A program made the translations under genes and the position numbers. The notes below the pieces were generated by a model. That model was not told where the DNA came from. It did not search any database and saw nothing but the letters and a program-made list of their open reading frames with translations. Below are positions 54,988 through 64,000 of a stretch of DNA of 64,000 nt, piece after piece; within the stretch, counting starts at the first letter, position 1; every line of letters starts with the position of its first letter. The DNA is taken from NCBI GenBank assembly GCA_963792965.1, contig CAWBYW010000011.1, positions 1-64,000 of the forward strand. Reading direction: 5' to 3'. This DNA comes from an uncultured delta proteobacterium. GTDB lineage: Bacteria > Desulfobacterota > Zymogenia > Zymogenales > Zymogenaceae.

Positions 54988-56397
54988 ATGTTACCTACGG
55001 AGAAGGCTCAGCTTGACGATCTGATGGAGGCTGTCTTCAATCCCGCAAGCGTCGCCGTGGTCGGGGTGCCGGAGGGGATGAAGATGGGGAGGCTGTTTTT
55101 GATGGGCCTCCTCTCCGCGGGCTACCGGGGGAAGCTCTATCCCGTCAATCCGCGGCTTTCCACCATCGACGGCCTTGCGGTCTATCGGAGAACACGGGAT
55201 ATCCCCGGGCCCATAGACCTTGCCGTGATCCTTGTGCCGAAGGAGGAGATCTTCCCCGTAATCGAGGAGCTCGGGCAGATAGGGACAAAGGCAGCGGTCG
55301 TCTTCACGGCGGGATTCGGGGAGTTGGGCGCCGACGGGACCGAGGAAGAAAGGCGGCTCGTCGCCCACGCCCACAAAAACGGCGTCCGGCTCATCGGCCC
55401 CAACTGCATGGGGGTCTACTCGCCCGGCGCGCGCCTCTCGTTTTTTCCCTTCATGCCGATGAATGCTGGGGACACCGCGTTTGTCTCCGGCAGCGGATCA
55501 CTGACCTCGTTCGTGGTGCTCAGGGGCGTCGGGCGGGGGCTCGGGTTTTCCAAGGCCGTCAGCTTCGGCAACGGCGCGGACCTCGTACCGTCCGATTTCT
55601 TCTCACATCTCTCCCGGGACCCGGCGACGGCGGTGATCACCGCGTATATCGAGGGCATTCCCGAGGGGAGGCGGTTCTTCGACACGATCTCGGAGGTCGC
55701 GCGCGTAAAGCCGCTGGTCATCTGGAAGGCGGGGCTGACCGGATACGGGGGGAAGGCCGCCCACTCCCATACCGGGGCGCTGGCGGGGGACGCGGCGCTC
55801 TGGGAGGGGGCGCTTTCCCAGGCGGGGGCGGTGCAGGTCTCGGGGATGGACGAGCTGCTGGACGCCGTCATGGGTCTCAAATATATCCCGCCCAGTGTCG
55901 GGGACAGGGTGGCGATCCTGTCCGGGCCGGGCGGCTTTGCGGTCGCGGCGGCCGATGAGCTGGAGAGGTGCGGCCTGAGGCTTGCCGAGCTTTCCCTTGA
56001 GACACGGGAAGAGATCGCGGCCCTCCTGCCCAAGACCGGCGTCTCGGCCGCCAACCCGGTGGACGTGGGGCTCGGCGCCTCGGGTAACGCGGCGCTCTAC
56101 ACGGAGCCCGCGCGGCTTGTGCTCAAGGACGGAGGCGTGGACGCGCTGGTCATCATCGGGGGGACCTTCAGCGAAGAGATGAACCGCACGTACATGGACG
56201 CGCTGGTCGCCGCGCAAAGAGAGACAAGAAAGACGCTCATCGTCGTGGAGATACCCGAGTTCTACTTTGCCCTCAAAGAAAAGGACCTTGGCAGGCGCTT
56301 TGTTGAGGCCGGCATCCCGGTCTTCCCCTCGTCGGCGAGGGCGATGTGGGCGCTCAGGAAGGTGGTGGACTACAGAGAATTCGTGGGCGGGAGATAA
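54988..56397 (+). CDS. Acyl-CoA synthetase (ADP-forming) alpha subunit-like, CoA-binding
   Basis: FNPASVAVVG, YPVNP, IGPNCMG, SHTGALAG, NPVD. Confidence 0.92.
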   Translation: MLPTEKAQLDDLMEAVFNPASVAVVGVPEGMKMGRLFLMGLLSAGYRGKLYPVNPRLSTIDGLAVYRRTRDIPGPIDLAVILVPKEEIFPVIEELGQIGTKAAVVFTAGFGELGADGTEEERRLVAHAHKNGVRLIGPNCMGVYSPGARLSFFPFMPMNAGDTAFVSGSGSLTSFVVLRGVGRGLGFSKAVSFGNGADLVPSDFFSHLSRDPATAVITAYIEGIPEGRRFFDTISEVARVKPLVIWKAGLTGYGGKAAHSHTGALAGDAALWEGALSQAGAVQVSGMDELLDAVMGLKYIPPSVGDRVAILSGPGGFAVAAADELERCGLRLAELSLETREEIAALLPKTGVSAANPVDVGLGASGNAALYTEPARLVLKDGGVDALVIIGGTFSEEMNRTYMDALVAAQRETRKTLIVVEIPEFYFALKEKDLGRRFVEAGIPVFPSSARAMWALRKVVDYREFVGGR

Positions 56398-56440
56398 AGG
56401 AGACAGCGAAAAAGATCGTGCCGCTTACAACAGTGCGCGG

Positions 56441-57382
56441 CTACTTGCCGGGGAGAAGCTCTCTAAAATAGGCAATGGTCTGTTCCACACCCCGCTCGAA
56501 GGAAACGGTTGGCTCCCAGCCAAGCTCCTCTTTCGCCTTTGTGATGTCGGGGCACCTCACCTTCGGGTCATCGGCGGGAAGCTCCTTGAAGACGATGGAG
56601 GAAACGCTTCCCGTCAGCTCCTTTATGATGCGGGCGATCTCAAGGACGGCCTTCTCCTCGGGGTTACCGAGATTCATCGGGCCTGTATAGACGGGGGATG
56701 CCATGAGAGCAATGAGACCGTCGACCATGTCGGAGACATAGCAGAACGACCGGGTCTGACTACCGTCCCCGTACACCGTGATGGGTTGCCCCCCGAGGGC
56801 CTGAACGACGAAATTACTCACCGCCCTCCCATCGTCTTTATCCATCCTCGGTCCATACGTATTGAAGATCCGGGCGATCCGGATATTGACGCCGCGCTGC
56901 TCGTGATAAGATATCATGAGGCTTTCGGCCGTTCGTTTCCCCTCATCGTAGCAGCTTCGGATCCCGTTGGGATTTACGTTGCCCCAATATGATTCCGACT
57001 GGGGGCAAAAAGGCGGGTCACCGTACACTTCCGAGGTGGAGGTAAAAAGGATCCGCGCGCCCGTCTTTTCGGCAAGCCGCAGCGCCGTGTCGGTCCCGAT
57101 AACGCTCGTGAGTGTCGTCATGACGCGGTCCCGCTGGTAGTGCACGGGGGAGGCGGGGCAGGCCAGGTGGAAGATCTCGTCGATTCGAAGATCGATCGGA
57201 TCACACACGTCGCCCTCTATTAACGAAAACCGAGGGTTTTTCAGAAGCCGGCCGATATTCTCCCGGCTGCCCGTGTAGAAATTATCGAGGCAGACGACCT
57301 CGTTTTGCGCGTCAAGGAGTTGCTTTGACAGGTGGCAGCCGATGAACCCGGCGCCGCCGGTGACGAGAATCCGCCTGGTCAC
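56441..57382 (-). CDS. uxs: UDP-glucuronate decarboxylase (UDP-xylose synthase)
   Basis: [36 protein letters not shown]. Confidence 0.93.
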   Translation of the reverse strand: MTRRILVTGGAGFIGCHLSKQLLDAQNEVVCLDNFYTGSRENIGRLLKNPRFSLIEGDVCDPIDLRIDEIFHLACPASPVHYQRDRVMTTLTSVIGTDTALRLAEKTGARILFTSTSEVYGDPPFCPQSESYWGNVNPNGIRSCYDEGKRTAESLMISYHEQRGVNIRIARIFNTYGPRMDKDDGRAVSNFVVQALGGQPITVYGDGSQTRSFCYVSDMVDGLIALMASPVYTGPMNLGNPEEKAVLEIARIIKELTGSVSSIVFKELPADDPKVRCPDITKAKEELGWEPTVSFERGVEQTIAYFRELLPGK

Positions 57383-58698
57383 TTCTTTGTTCTGTTCTCC
57401 GGCCTGCCGAAGCAGTGGTAGGTGAAGCCCAGTCGCTCCAACTCTTCGCGATGGTACTGGTTTCTCCCGTCGAAGATGATGGGCCGCTTCATCAGTCTCT
57501 TCATACGGTCAAAATCGGGGTTTCGAAACTCGTTCCACTCGGTGATGAGACAAAGGGCATCGGCGCCCTCCAAGGCCCCGTATGCGTCTGAGGCATAATC
57601 AATTCGATTCTTGAAATGCGCCCTGAACCGATCCATCGCCGCGGGATCGAAAACGACAACATGCGCTCCGAGGCCGAGCAGCCGCTCGACGATGAAGAGG
57701 GCCGGCGCCTCCCGGATGTCATCGGTGTTGGGCTTAAACGAGACTCCCCAGAGCGCGAGGGAGAGCTCCCCGATATTCCCCCCGAAATGCGTAACGATCT
57801 TCTCAACGAAAACATCCCGCTGGCGGTCGTTGACCGACTTAACCGCCCGGACGAAATCCACAGGGCATCTAATGCCGTCGGCCGTCCTTATGACGGCGGA
57901 GATATCTTTCGGCAGGCAAGACCCGCCGAACCCCAGGCCCGGGAAGAGGAACTTGGGCCCGATCCGCGAATCGGAGCCGATCGCCCGCCGAACCGAGTCG
58001 ATGTCCGCCCCAAGGCGGTCGCAGAGGTTCGCCATCTCGTTCATGAAGGAAATCTTGGCGCCCAAAAAGGAGTTGGCGGCGTACTTGGAAAGCTCGGCGG
58101 AGCGAATATCCATGATCAGGATGGGATTGCCCGTGCGGGTGTAGGGTGCGTAGAGCTCTTTCATGACCTCGGCCGCCCGGTCATTTTCCGTCCCGATGAC
58201 GACGCGCTCGGGTTTCATAAAGTCATCCACCGCGGTCCCTTCTTTCAGAAACTCGGGATTGGAGACGATGTCAAAGGGATGGCTTGTTTCCTTTCTGATG
58301 ATATCGGCAATCACCTCGGTCGTGCCTACGGGGACGGTGCTCTTGGTGATGATAATCTTGTAGTCGTTCATCGCCTCCCCGATTGAGCGCGCCGCCTGCT
58401 CAACCTGGGTGAGGTCCGCGTTTCCGTCACCGCCCGGAGGAGTCCCCACGGCGATGAATATCAACAGCGAGTTTTTGACACCGTGAGAAACCTCGGTCGT
58501 AAACGAGAGCCTTCCCCGGGAGGTGTTCCGATGAATCAGGTCGGAAAGCCCCGGCTCGAATATGCCGATTTCCCCATCGTTGAGAAGCTTGACCTTCTTT
58601 TCATCGCTGTCCACACAGATGACGTCGTTGCCCATATCGGCAAGACAGCTCCCGGAAACGAGGCCCACGTAACCTGCCCCGATCATACAGATCTTCAT
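57379..58698 (-). CDS. ugd: UDP-glucose 6-dehydrogenase
   Basis: [35 protein letters not shown]. Confidence 0.97.
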   Translation of the reverse strand: MKICMIGAGYVGLVSGSCLADMGNDVICVDSDEKKVKLLNDGEIGIFEPGLSDLIHRNTSRGRLSFTTEVSHGVKNSLLIFIAVGTPPGGDGNADLTQVEQAARSIGEAMNDYKIIITKSTVPVGTTEVIADIIRKETSHPFDIVSNPEFLKEGTAVDDFMKPERVVIGTENDRAAEVMKELYAPYTRTGNPILIMDIRSAELSKYAANSFLGAKISFMNEMANLCDRLGADIDSVRRAIGSDSRIGPKFLFPGLGFGGSCLPKDISAVIRTADGIRCPVDFVRAVKSVNDRQRDVFVEKIVTHFGGNIGELSLALWGVSFKPNTDDIREAPALFIVERLLGLGAHVVVFDPAAMDRFRAHFKNRIDYASDAYGALEGADALCLITEWNEFRNPDFDRMKRLMKRPIIFDGRNQYHREELERLGFTYHCFGRPENRTKK

Positions 58699-58937
58699 AA
58701 AACCCCCGAGAGAAAGAACAAGAGCCGAGATAACTCTTTCTTTATTCTAATCGGATCGCATCGGCAAAGTCAATAGAGAAAGCTCTCGATTTTGGAACGA
58801 CGGGCAGTCGATGCGCGGGCGGTTTCAATACGGAGCCATGCCTCGAGGTCCATGCTCGTTTCCATGTGCGGCCGATTCGGCCGTGAGACGTGTTACGAAT
58901 TGAATATTCATAACACACCGATATCATTACATTTTTC

Positions 58938-58965
58938 TTGACTCGGCCCTTCTCTTTGGTATAAT
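58938..58965 (+). promoter_or_regulatory. sigma70 promoter of the peptide-rSAM operon
   Basis: TTGACT-16 nt-TATAAT with extended TGn. Confidence 0.75.
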
Positions 58966-59052
58966 TATATACAAGAGGTTTCTTCGGGGAGGATCGCCCC
59001 CCGGAGAGCTTACCGAACTAATCGTTTTGCCGTACCGGCAAAGGAGGAGGCC

Positions 59053-59115
59053 ATGAAGATCAAGAAGCTGGAAAAAACCGTCAAGGGACTGTGCAAGTGC
59101 GGTCGTTCCTGCTGA
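59053..59115 (+). CDS. 20-aa Cys-rich peptide MKIKKLEKTVKGLCKCGRSC, putative RiPP precursor
   Basis: AAGGAGGAGG RBS immediately upstream, own promoter, followed by a hairpin; first gene before the rSAM/SPASM enzyme; below the ORF-track cutoff. Confidence 0.75.
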   Translation: MKIKKLEKTVKGLCKCGRSC

Positions 59116-59137
59116 ACATTCGCACATCACAAACCAT

Positions 59138-59170
59138 AACGGGCCGAAATCGCTTCGGCCCGTTGCTTTT
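59138..59170 (+). terminator. Hairpin (terminator/attenuator) after the peptide gene
   Basis: AACGGGCCGAA-ATCGC-TTCGGCCCGTT then GCTTTT. Confidence 0.75.
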
Positions 59171-59232
59171 GGGCCGCCCGCCTCAGGTGGAGAGGGGTGG
59201 CCCGGCGTCATTCATTACGGGGAGGCCGGCCT

Positions 59233-59601
59233 TTGTCGATCGATAAGAAGACATTTTCGGACTACATTTGCAGGCCGTTTTGCGTCTTCTTCAAGGAAGG
59301 TCAGAAAGAAGAAATGGCCTGCGGCGCGGCCGTGACGGCCGCGCGGATAATAAGGTTGAGGAATATCCGGACGGGAGAGATCGTCTCGCCTGTCGGCGCA
59401 CAAGCCGCCACGGGAAAAGACGGTGACCTCCTCGACTCGCTGGTCTGCAGATATTGCCCCTTCGTTATCGATGGGTGCGACTTCCGTTCGCTAAAGCCCC
59501 CGCCTGATGCCGTTCCGTGTGGAGGATACATCCTGCTCGAGTTGCTCCTTTCGCGCGGCGTCATAACCCGCCAAGATATCGAGGACCTCGGCCGTGGGTG
59601 A
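59233..59601 (+). CDS. Seven-Cys hypothetical protein, translationally coupled to the rSAM gene
   Basis: TTG start with GGAGG RBS; CRPFC..C..CRYC..C..C; 8-nt overlap with the next gene. Confidence 0.75.
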   Translation: MSIDKKTFSDYICRPFCVFFKEGQKEEMACGAAVTAARIIRLRNIRTGEIVSPVGAQAATGKDGDLLDSLVCRYCPFVIDGCDFRSLKPPPDAVPCGGYILLELLLSRGVITRQDIEDLGRG

Positions 59602-60751
59602 TGCCGACTGGAAAAGGGGCTATCTCTTGCTATCCCGGAAAGCCGCCCTCAAACGGCTGGAGGAGCCCACGGTCTATATCACAGATCAGGACGAGCTCTA
59701 TGAGGTGAACGACGAGGCGTTTGCGTTCCTGTCCCGTTGCGACGGGACTATGCGTGGGGGCGACCTGACTGACGACGATGGATTTGTGACGTTCTGCCTT
59801 GCCGAGGGGATCCTCCTGACCCGTCCGAAACCCGCCGGGCGACGGGTCGTATTTGCGGCGTCGCCCGTGCCGTCTCTTCGCTACCTTGAGCTCCAGCTTA
59901 CCTCCCGCTGTAATCTTGCCTGCCTGCACTGCTATCAGGGTGATCGGACGGCGATTGACCTTCCGCTGGACACTGCCCTGAGGATTGCTCGAGAGTTTGA
60001 GGCAATGGCCGGGCTCCGACTCCTCATATCGGGCGGGGAGCCGTTGCTCTATCCCGGTCTCTTCGACTTCCTGGACGAGACGGAGGACCTCGCGTTGCGG
60101 AAGATCCTCATCACCAACGGGACGCTGATTAATGTGAGGAACGTCCGAAGACTCAAAGCGGACGAGATCCAGTTTTCCCTCGATGGATGGGAACGGGGAC
60201 ACGAACGGATCAGGGGGAGGGGAAGCTTTTCGAAGGTTATGCGGGGAATCGAGGCGGCGCTGAGCGCGGGAATCGCCGTCTCGGCGGCGACAATGGTCCA
60301 TCGGGGTAATCTCGATGAATTTGATCGAATGAACGCCTTCATCGAAAAGATCGGCGCCGTGGGATGGGGGATCGATCTTCCGTGCCCTACGGGGAGGTTT
60401 GATGCACACTCCGGGATTGTAGTATCACCGCAGATCGCGGGCCCCCTCATGCGGTACGCCTTCGGGGGGGGAAACCATGCCACGCCCGGCTTTGCCTGCG
60501 GGCACCATCTGATGACGGTGCTTCCGACGGGTGGCGGTGTAAAGTGTGGATTCTACGCCGACGATATCCTTGGGGACGCCGCCAAGTCGCTGGGCGGGTG
60601 CTGGCGCTCCATGAAGCATGTCCGGATCGATGAGCTCGAATGCCGTGGATGTCCTCATCTGGAAGAGTGCGGGGGCGGGTGCCGTTTCCGGGCTCCTGGA
60701 CCGCTGGCTCCCGATCCAGTTATGTGCGCGGCCTTTGGGGTGTATAGGTAG
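59594..60751 (+). CDS. Radical SAM/SPASM protein with N-terminal PqqD-like (RRE) domain
   Basis: ELYEVNDEAFAFLSRCDG (RRE-like), CNLACLHC, SGGEP, TNG, FSLDG..H; SPASM C-x15-C and CRGCPHLEECGGGC..C. Confidence 0.9.
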   Translation: MGDADWKRGYLLLSRKAALKRLEEPTVYITDQDELYEVNDEAFAFLSRCDGTMRGGDLTDDDGFVTFCLAEGILLTRPKPAGRRVVFAASPVPSLRYLELQLTSRCNLACLHCYQGDRTAIDLPLDTALRIAREFEAMAGLRLLISGGEPLLYPGLFDFLDETEDLALRKILITNGTLINVRNVRRLKADEIQFSLDGWERGHERIRGRGSFSKVMRGIEAALSAGIAVSAATMVHRGNLDEFDRMNAFIEKIGAVGWGIDLPCPTGRFDAHSGIVVSPQIAGPLMRYAFGGGNHATPGFACGHHLMTVLPTGGGVKCGFYADDILGDAAKSLGGCWRSMKHVRIDELECRGCPHLEECGGGCRFRAPGPLAPDPVMCAAFGVYR

Positions 60752-60889
60752 GCACCGAAACGTCGGGAGGGACGCTCTTGCCCTCGGGCGGTGGTCCGTC
60801 TCTCGGGCCTTGCCGGGCGTGGAGCGAGGGGGAAGAATAGAAGGCTTCAATGTGTGGGCCGGTCGGGGCCGCGCGATGAAGAGAAAAGT

Positions 60890-60923
60890 AAAACCCCCTT
60901 TCCGTAACGACGGAAAAGGGGGC
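60890..60923 (-). terminator. Terminator of the pilin gene
   Basis: CCCCCTTTCCGT-AACG-ACGGAAAAGGGGG flanked by an A-run (U-run on the minus strand). Confidence 0.7.
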
Positions 60924-60962
60924 TTGTTCGGGTATCCACTGCGCAGTGGCAGGTATCGTCAC

Positions 60963-61412
60963 CTAGTTCTCTACATCGTTGAAGGTATTGAGGATTTTAT
61001 TCCCGCCCATCCCCGGAAGCGAGGGATCGGAAACCACTTTCCACGTGTCCCTAAACGCATCCATATCGAGATTTGCGGAGCACGTCGCGAAGAAATTCTG
61101 AGGATTCGCCGGCGGATAGGGAACCAGCTCCCAGCTCTTGTAGAATTTCGCCTCGGCGGGCGGATCGATCCCGAGGATGCGATAGTCGGCGGTGTAGACG
61201 CTCTTGTCGGCATAATAGGACATTTCGTTGGTCCAGATGCCGCCCAAGAGCACCCGTGCCTCCGACTGCATGGCGCCGGCCTTGTAATGGACGTAGAGCG
61301 GGATCGCAAAGGACGCGAGGATCGCCAGGATCATGACGACGATCATCAACTCGATGAGGGTAAACCCTCTCCGTGATCTGATTATTGTCTTGATTTTATC
61401 GTTCGTATTCAT
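60963..61412 (-). CDS. pilA: Type IVa pilin
   Basis: Prepilin site RRG/FTLIELMIVV, P22. Confidence 0.9.
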   Translation of the reverse strand: MNTNDKIKTIIRSRRGFTLIELMIVVMILAILASFAIPLYVHYKAGAMQSEARVLLGGIWTNEMSYYADKSVYTADYRILGIDPPAEAKFYKSWELVPYPPANPQNFFATCSANLDMDAFRDTWKVVSDPSLPGMGGNKILNTFNDVEN

Positions 61413-61437
61413 AGATCATTGTCTCCGATTAACTTAC

Positions 61438-61453
61438 TGCAAAGTTCATGCCA
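61438..61453 (-). promoter_or_regulatory. sigma54 promoter of the pilin gene
   Basis: Minus strand TGGCAT-GAACT-TTGCA (-24/-12 spacing). Confidence 0.8.
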
Positions 61454-61801
61454 CATGGCGGCCCCAAACTATTCATTACGTTCTCTATAACTAAATGATA
61501 TTATTGTCATTATTCGCAAACACGACACGGCTTTGATGATGTTTGCGTCGCTTGTGATAGTGAATTGTGTATCTGCAACTCTCCGTGCGAATTTACAAAT
61601 CTTCCGGCGAGCTTCCCTTGCCCTCATAAGAGACATTTTCAGGCACTTTTTCAGCTCTATAAAATATATATTTGACCTTGGGCTATAAAGAAACTATAAT
61701 CATTATACCACAAAATCGACTTTCGACACGGGATTTCGCAAGAAATATCCTGCATCAGTGTAAGATGTGAAACATACACCTCTTCCATGAAGGATTGAGA
61801 A

Positions 61802-62815
61802 ATGGCAAAAAAAGATGACAAGAAGAAGGTACGGCTCTTGGTAATTCTCACCGCCGTCGCGATAGCCTCAGTGTCGTTCTTCCTCTATATCAGTTATGCC
61901 CCTTCGGGAAAGGCCAAATCCTTTGAGGAGTGCAAGTTTCTCTTTGACAATAAGAACTATGACGCATGCATAAGCTGCTTCAATGAATATATAAAGACCA
62001 ACCCCGATTCCGAGGCCATCAGGATGAGGGGGATGTCTTACTATAGCACTAAGCAGTATGAGGGGTCCATCAAAGATTTTACCTCCTACCTGGAGAAAGA
62101 CTCGACGAACCGGAACATCTATTATCAGCGCGGGCTGGCCTACGAAAATCTCGGGAAGGTGAAGGAGGCCGAAGGTGATTTCAAGAAGGCATGCGAATTC
62201 GGGTACGACAAGGCGTGCAATCACATCACCGGATCGGTCGGGGGAGGGCTCTTGACGGAGGACACCCAGAATCGGAGCGCGGCGGATTGGTTCAAGATCG
62301 CATCCGATTTCCTCGATAAGGGAGATTACGAGAACGCCGTCAGCTTTTTTGGTCGGGTCATCGAGCTGGACCCCAAGATGACCAATGCCTATCTCCTCCG
62401 TGGGCTCGCTTACCGAAACCTGGAAGATTATAAAGAGGCCATGGACGATTATAATAAGATCCTCTCCATTGACCCAAATTCGGCGGCTGCATACAATAAC
62501 AGGGGCGTCGCCTACTGGAGGCAGGGGAAATTCAAGGAGGCGCTGTCCGATTATAATAAAACGATATCCCTTGCTCCGAACGACTATATCGTCTATAACA
62601 ATCGGGGCGTCGTCAACTTCGAGATGAAAAACTATACCGATGCACTGGCCGATTATAACAAAGCCATCGGCCTCAATCCGAAATTCGCCCAATCGTATTG
62701 GAATCGGGCCGTTAATTACTTGAAGCTGAACAAAAAAGATGAGGCAAAAAAAGATTTCAAGTCTGCGTGCGACCTGAAGATCGATGACGCCTGCAAGGCG
62801 ATGGGAAGTCTGTAG
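61802..62815 (+). CDS. Membrane-anchored TPR repeat protein
   Basis: TM segment; repeated AYNNRG/DYNKAI units; two KxAC..G/K..AC caps. Confidence 0.93.
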   Translation: MAKKDDKKKVRLLVILTAVAIASVSFFLYISYAPSGKAKSFEECKFLFDNKNYDACISCFNEYIKTNPDSEAIRMRGMSYYSTKQYEGSIKDFTSYLEKDSTNRNIYYQRGLAYENLGKVKEAEGDFKKACEFGYDKACNHITGSVGGGLLTEDTQNRSAADWFKIASDFLDKGDYENAVSFFGRVIELDPKMTNAYLLRGLAYRNLEDYKEAMDDYNKILSIDPNSAAAYNNRGVAYWRQGKFKEALSDYNKTISLAPNDYIVYNNRGVVNFEMKNYTDALADYNKAIGLNPKFAQSYWNRAVNYLKLNKKDEAKKDFKSACDLKIDDACKAMGSL

Positions 62816-63184
62816 TGCGGGTAACCCATCAAAGACTCCACGAGGTATAACCAGGCTTCTTCCCCTTAAGAATCTGAGACGTTACCGCCGTTGGGGAATC
62901 AGCCTCCGCTCACGCAGTACGATAACGGTTACAGGCCTCCTTGGAAATGCCCCGACAGAGCACGGGCCGCCGAAAGCGCCGCGGCCGCACGAACCCCCTC
63001 TTCCCGGTACCATGCCCGCAGTCCGCTCCGAGACGTCCGTAATGAGGCGTCCTTCTTGTAACTCGCCAATCTTTAAACGCTCGTAAAAGGCACAGTATCC
63101 CTTCCCAAGAACGCGACTTTTTGATTTGATTTATCGTCCCCATCGTGCTAAAAGAAGGCATCGCACCTTCTGGGAGGAATTGCC

Positions 63185-64000
63185 GTGGACGAGATCACCC
63201 GTCTGAAAGAAGAGCCTCCGTCGCCCCCGAAAGAAGAACCCCCTTCGGGCCAATCCCCTCTATTATCCGCCGAAGAGAGCCAGCCGGAGCTTTTCTCGAC
63301 GATCTCACAGAATTCACTTACAAACGGAAACGGTTTCACCTTCATCGAGGGCGCCGACGGCGCAACGTCTCAGGCGCCGATCATCGCCCCGGAGCTGTTG
63401 AGTCGCCAGAGGATCGCCGCGGACCGGAGCTATCCCCTCCATGAACGCATCGAGGCCTTCGAGGATATCATCGATTCCGAGGTAGGCGATACGACACTGT
63501 CCCGAGCGCGTAATCTCGAGCGGGAGGTGGGGCTTCGGCAGATCTATTTCAAATTCGAGGGAGGAAACCCCACCGGCACCCAGAAGGATCGCATCGCCTT
63601 TGCCCAGGCGATGGACGCCATGCGCCGGGGATTTGACGCCATCACCGTGGCGACGTGTGGTAACTACGGCGTGGCGGTGGCGCTTGCCGCCTCCATGGCG
63701 GGGCTTAAGTGCTACGTCTACATTCCCGAGGGATACAAGGCAAAGCGCGTCCGGGAGATGCAGGACTACAAGGCCGAGATCATCCGGGTCCGGGGAGACT
63801 ACGAGACCTCCGTGGAGGTATCCCGAGAGCGCGCCATGAAAGACGAGATTTACGACGCCAACCCCGGGGGAGAGAACACCCCTCTCCAGCTTTCCGCCTA
63901 TGGCTCGATCGCTTACGAAATCTACGACGAGCTCCGGGACGCCCCCGCCGTCGTGGCGGCGCCGGTATCCAACGGGTCGACACTTGCAGGAATCTATAAA
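63185..64000 (+). CDS. Fold-type II PLP enzyme (threonine synthase-like), truncated by the window end
   Basis: GTG with GGAGG RBS; KFEGGNPTGTQKDR, ATCGNYG, PVSNGSTLAG; low-complexity N-terminal extension. Confidence 0.88.
   Translation, partial: MDEITRLKEEPPSPPKEEPPSGQSPLLSAEESQPELFSTISQNSLTNGNGFTFIEGADGATSQAPIIAPELLSRQRIAADRSYPLHERIEAFEDIIDSEVGDTTLSRARNLEREVGLRQIYFKFEGGNPTGTQKDRIAFAQAMDAMRRGFDAITVATCGNYGVAVALAASMAGLKCYVYIPEGYKAKRVREMQDYKAEIIRVRGDYETSVEVSRERAMKDEIYDANPGGENTPLQLSAYGSIAYEIYDELRDAPAVVAAPVSNGSTLAGIYK

Noticed and set aside
59113-59139. Sec read-through of the peptide's TGA (..SC-U-TFAHHKP)
   Set aside because: The downstream hairpin has an ATCGC loop without a leading G and a U-tail, so it looks like a terminator rather than a SECIS. 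Not fully excluded.

Overview
GC-rich bacterial chromosomal window. Gene content (selB, sigma54-driven type IVa pilin, ADP-forming acyl-CoA synthetase) suggests an anaerobic deltaproteobacterium-like (Desulfobacterota-like) host; this is an inference. It holds about 55 protein genes: a surface-polysaccharide cluster (3.3-10.4 kb), an accessory stretch with duplicated upstream elements (10.5-16.3 kb), selB, clpB, two RND modules, nth, galK, dgt, yidD, ugd/uxs and a pilin. I recognised no rRNA, tRNA, CRISPR array or transposase. About ten genes carry single-base frameshifts that look like assembly errors. Best leads: (1) an unannotated 20-aa Cys-rich peptide gene (MKIKKLEKTVKGLCKCGRSC, 59053-59115) heading an operon with a 7-Cys protein and an RRE-radical SAM-SPASM enzyme, a candidate new RiPP system; (2) an MBL-fold hydrolase with an in-frame UGA followed by a SECIS-like hairpin, a candidate selenoprotein; (3) a membrane/MazG-like/homocysteine methyltransferase fusion. 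All calls come from reading the sequence; no database searches were run.
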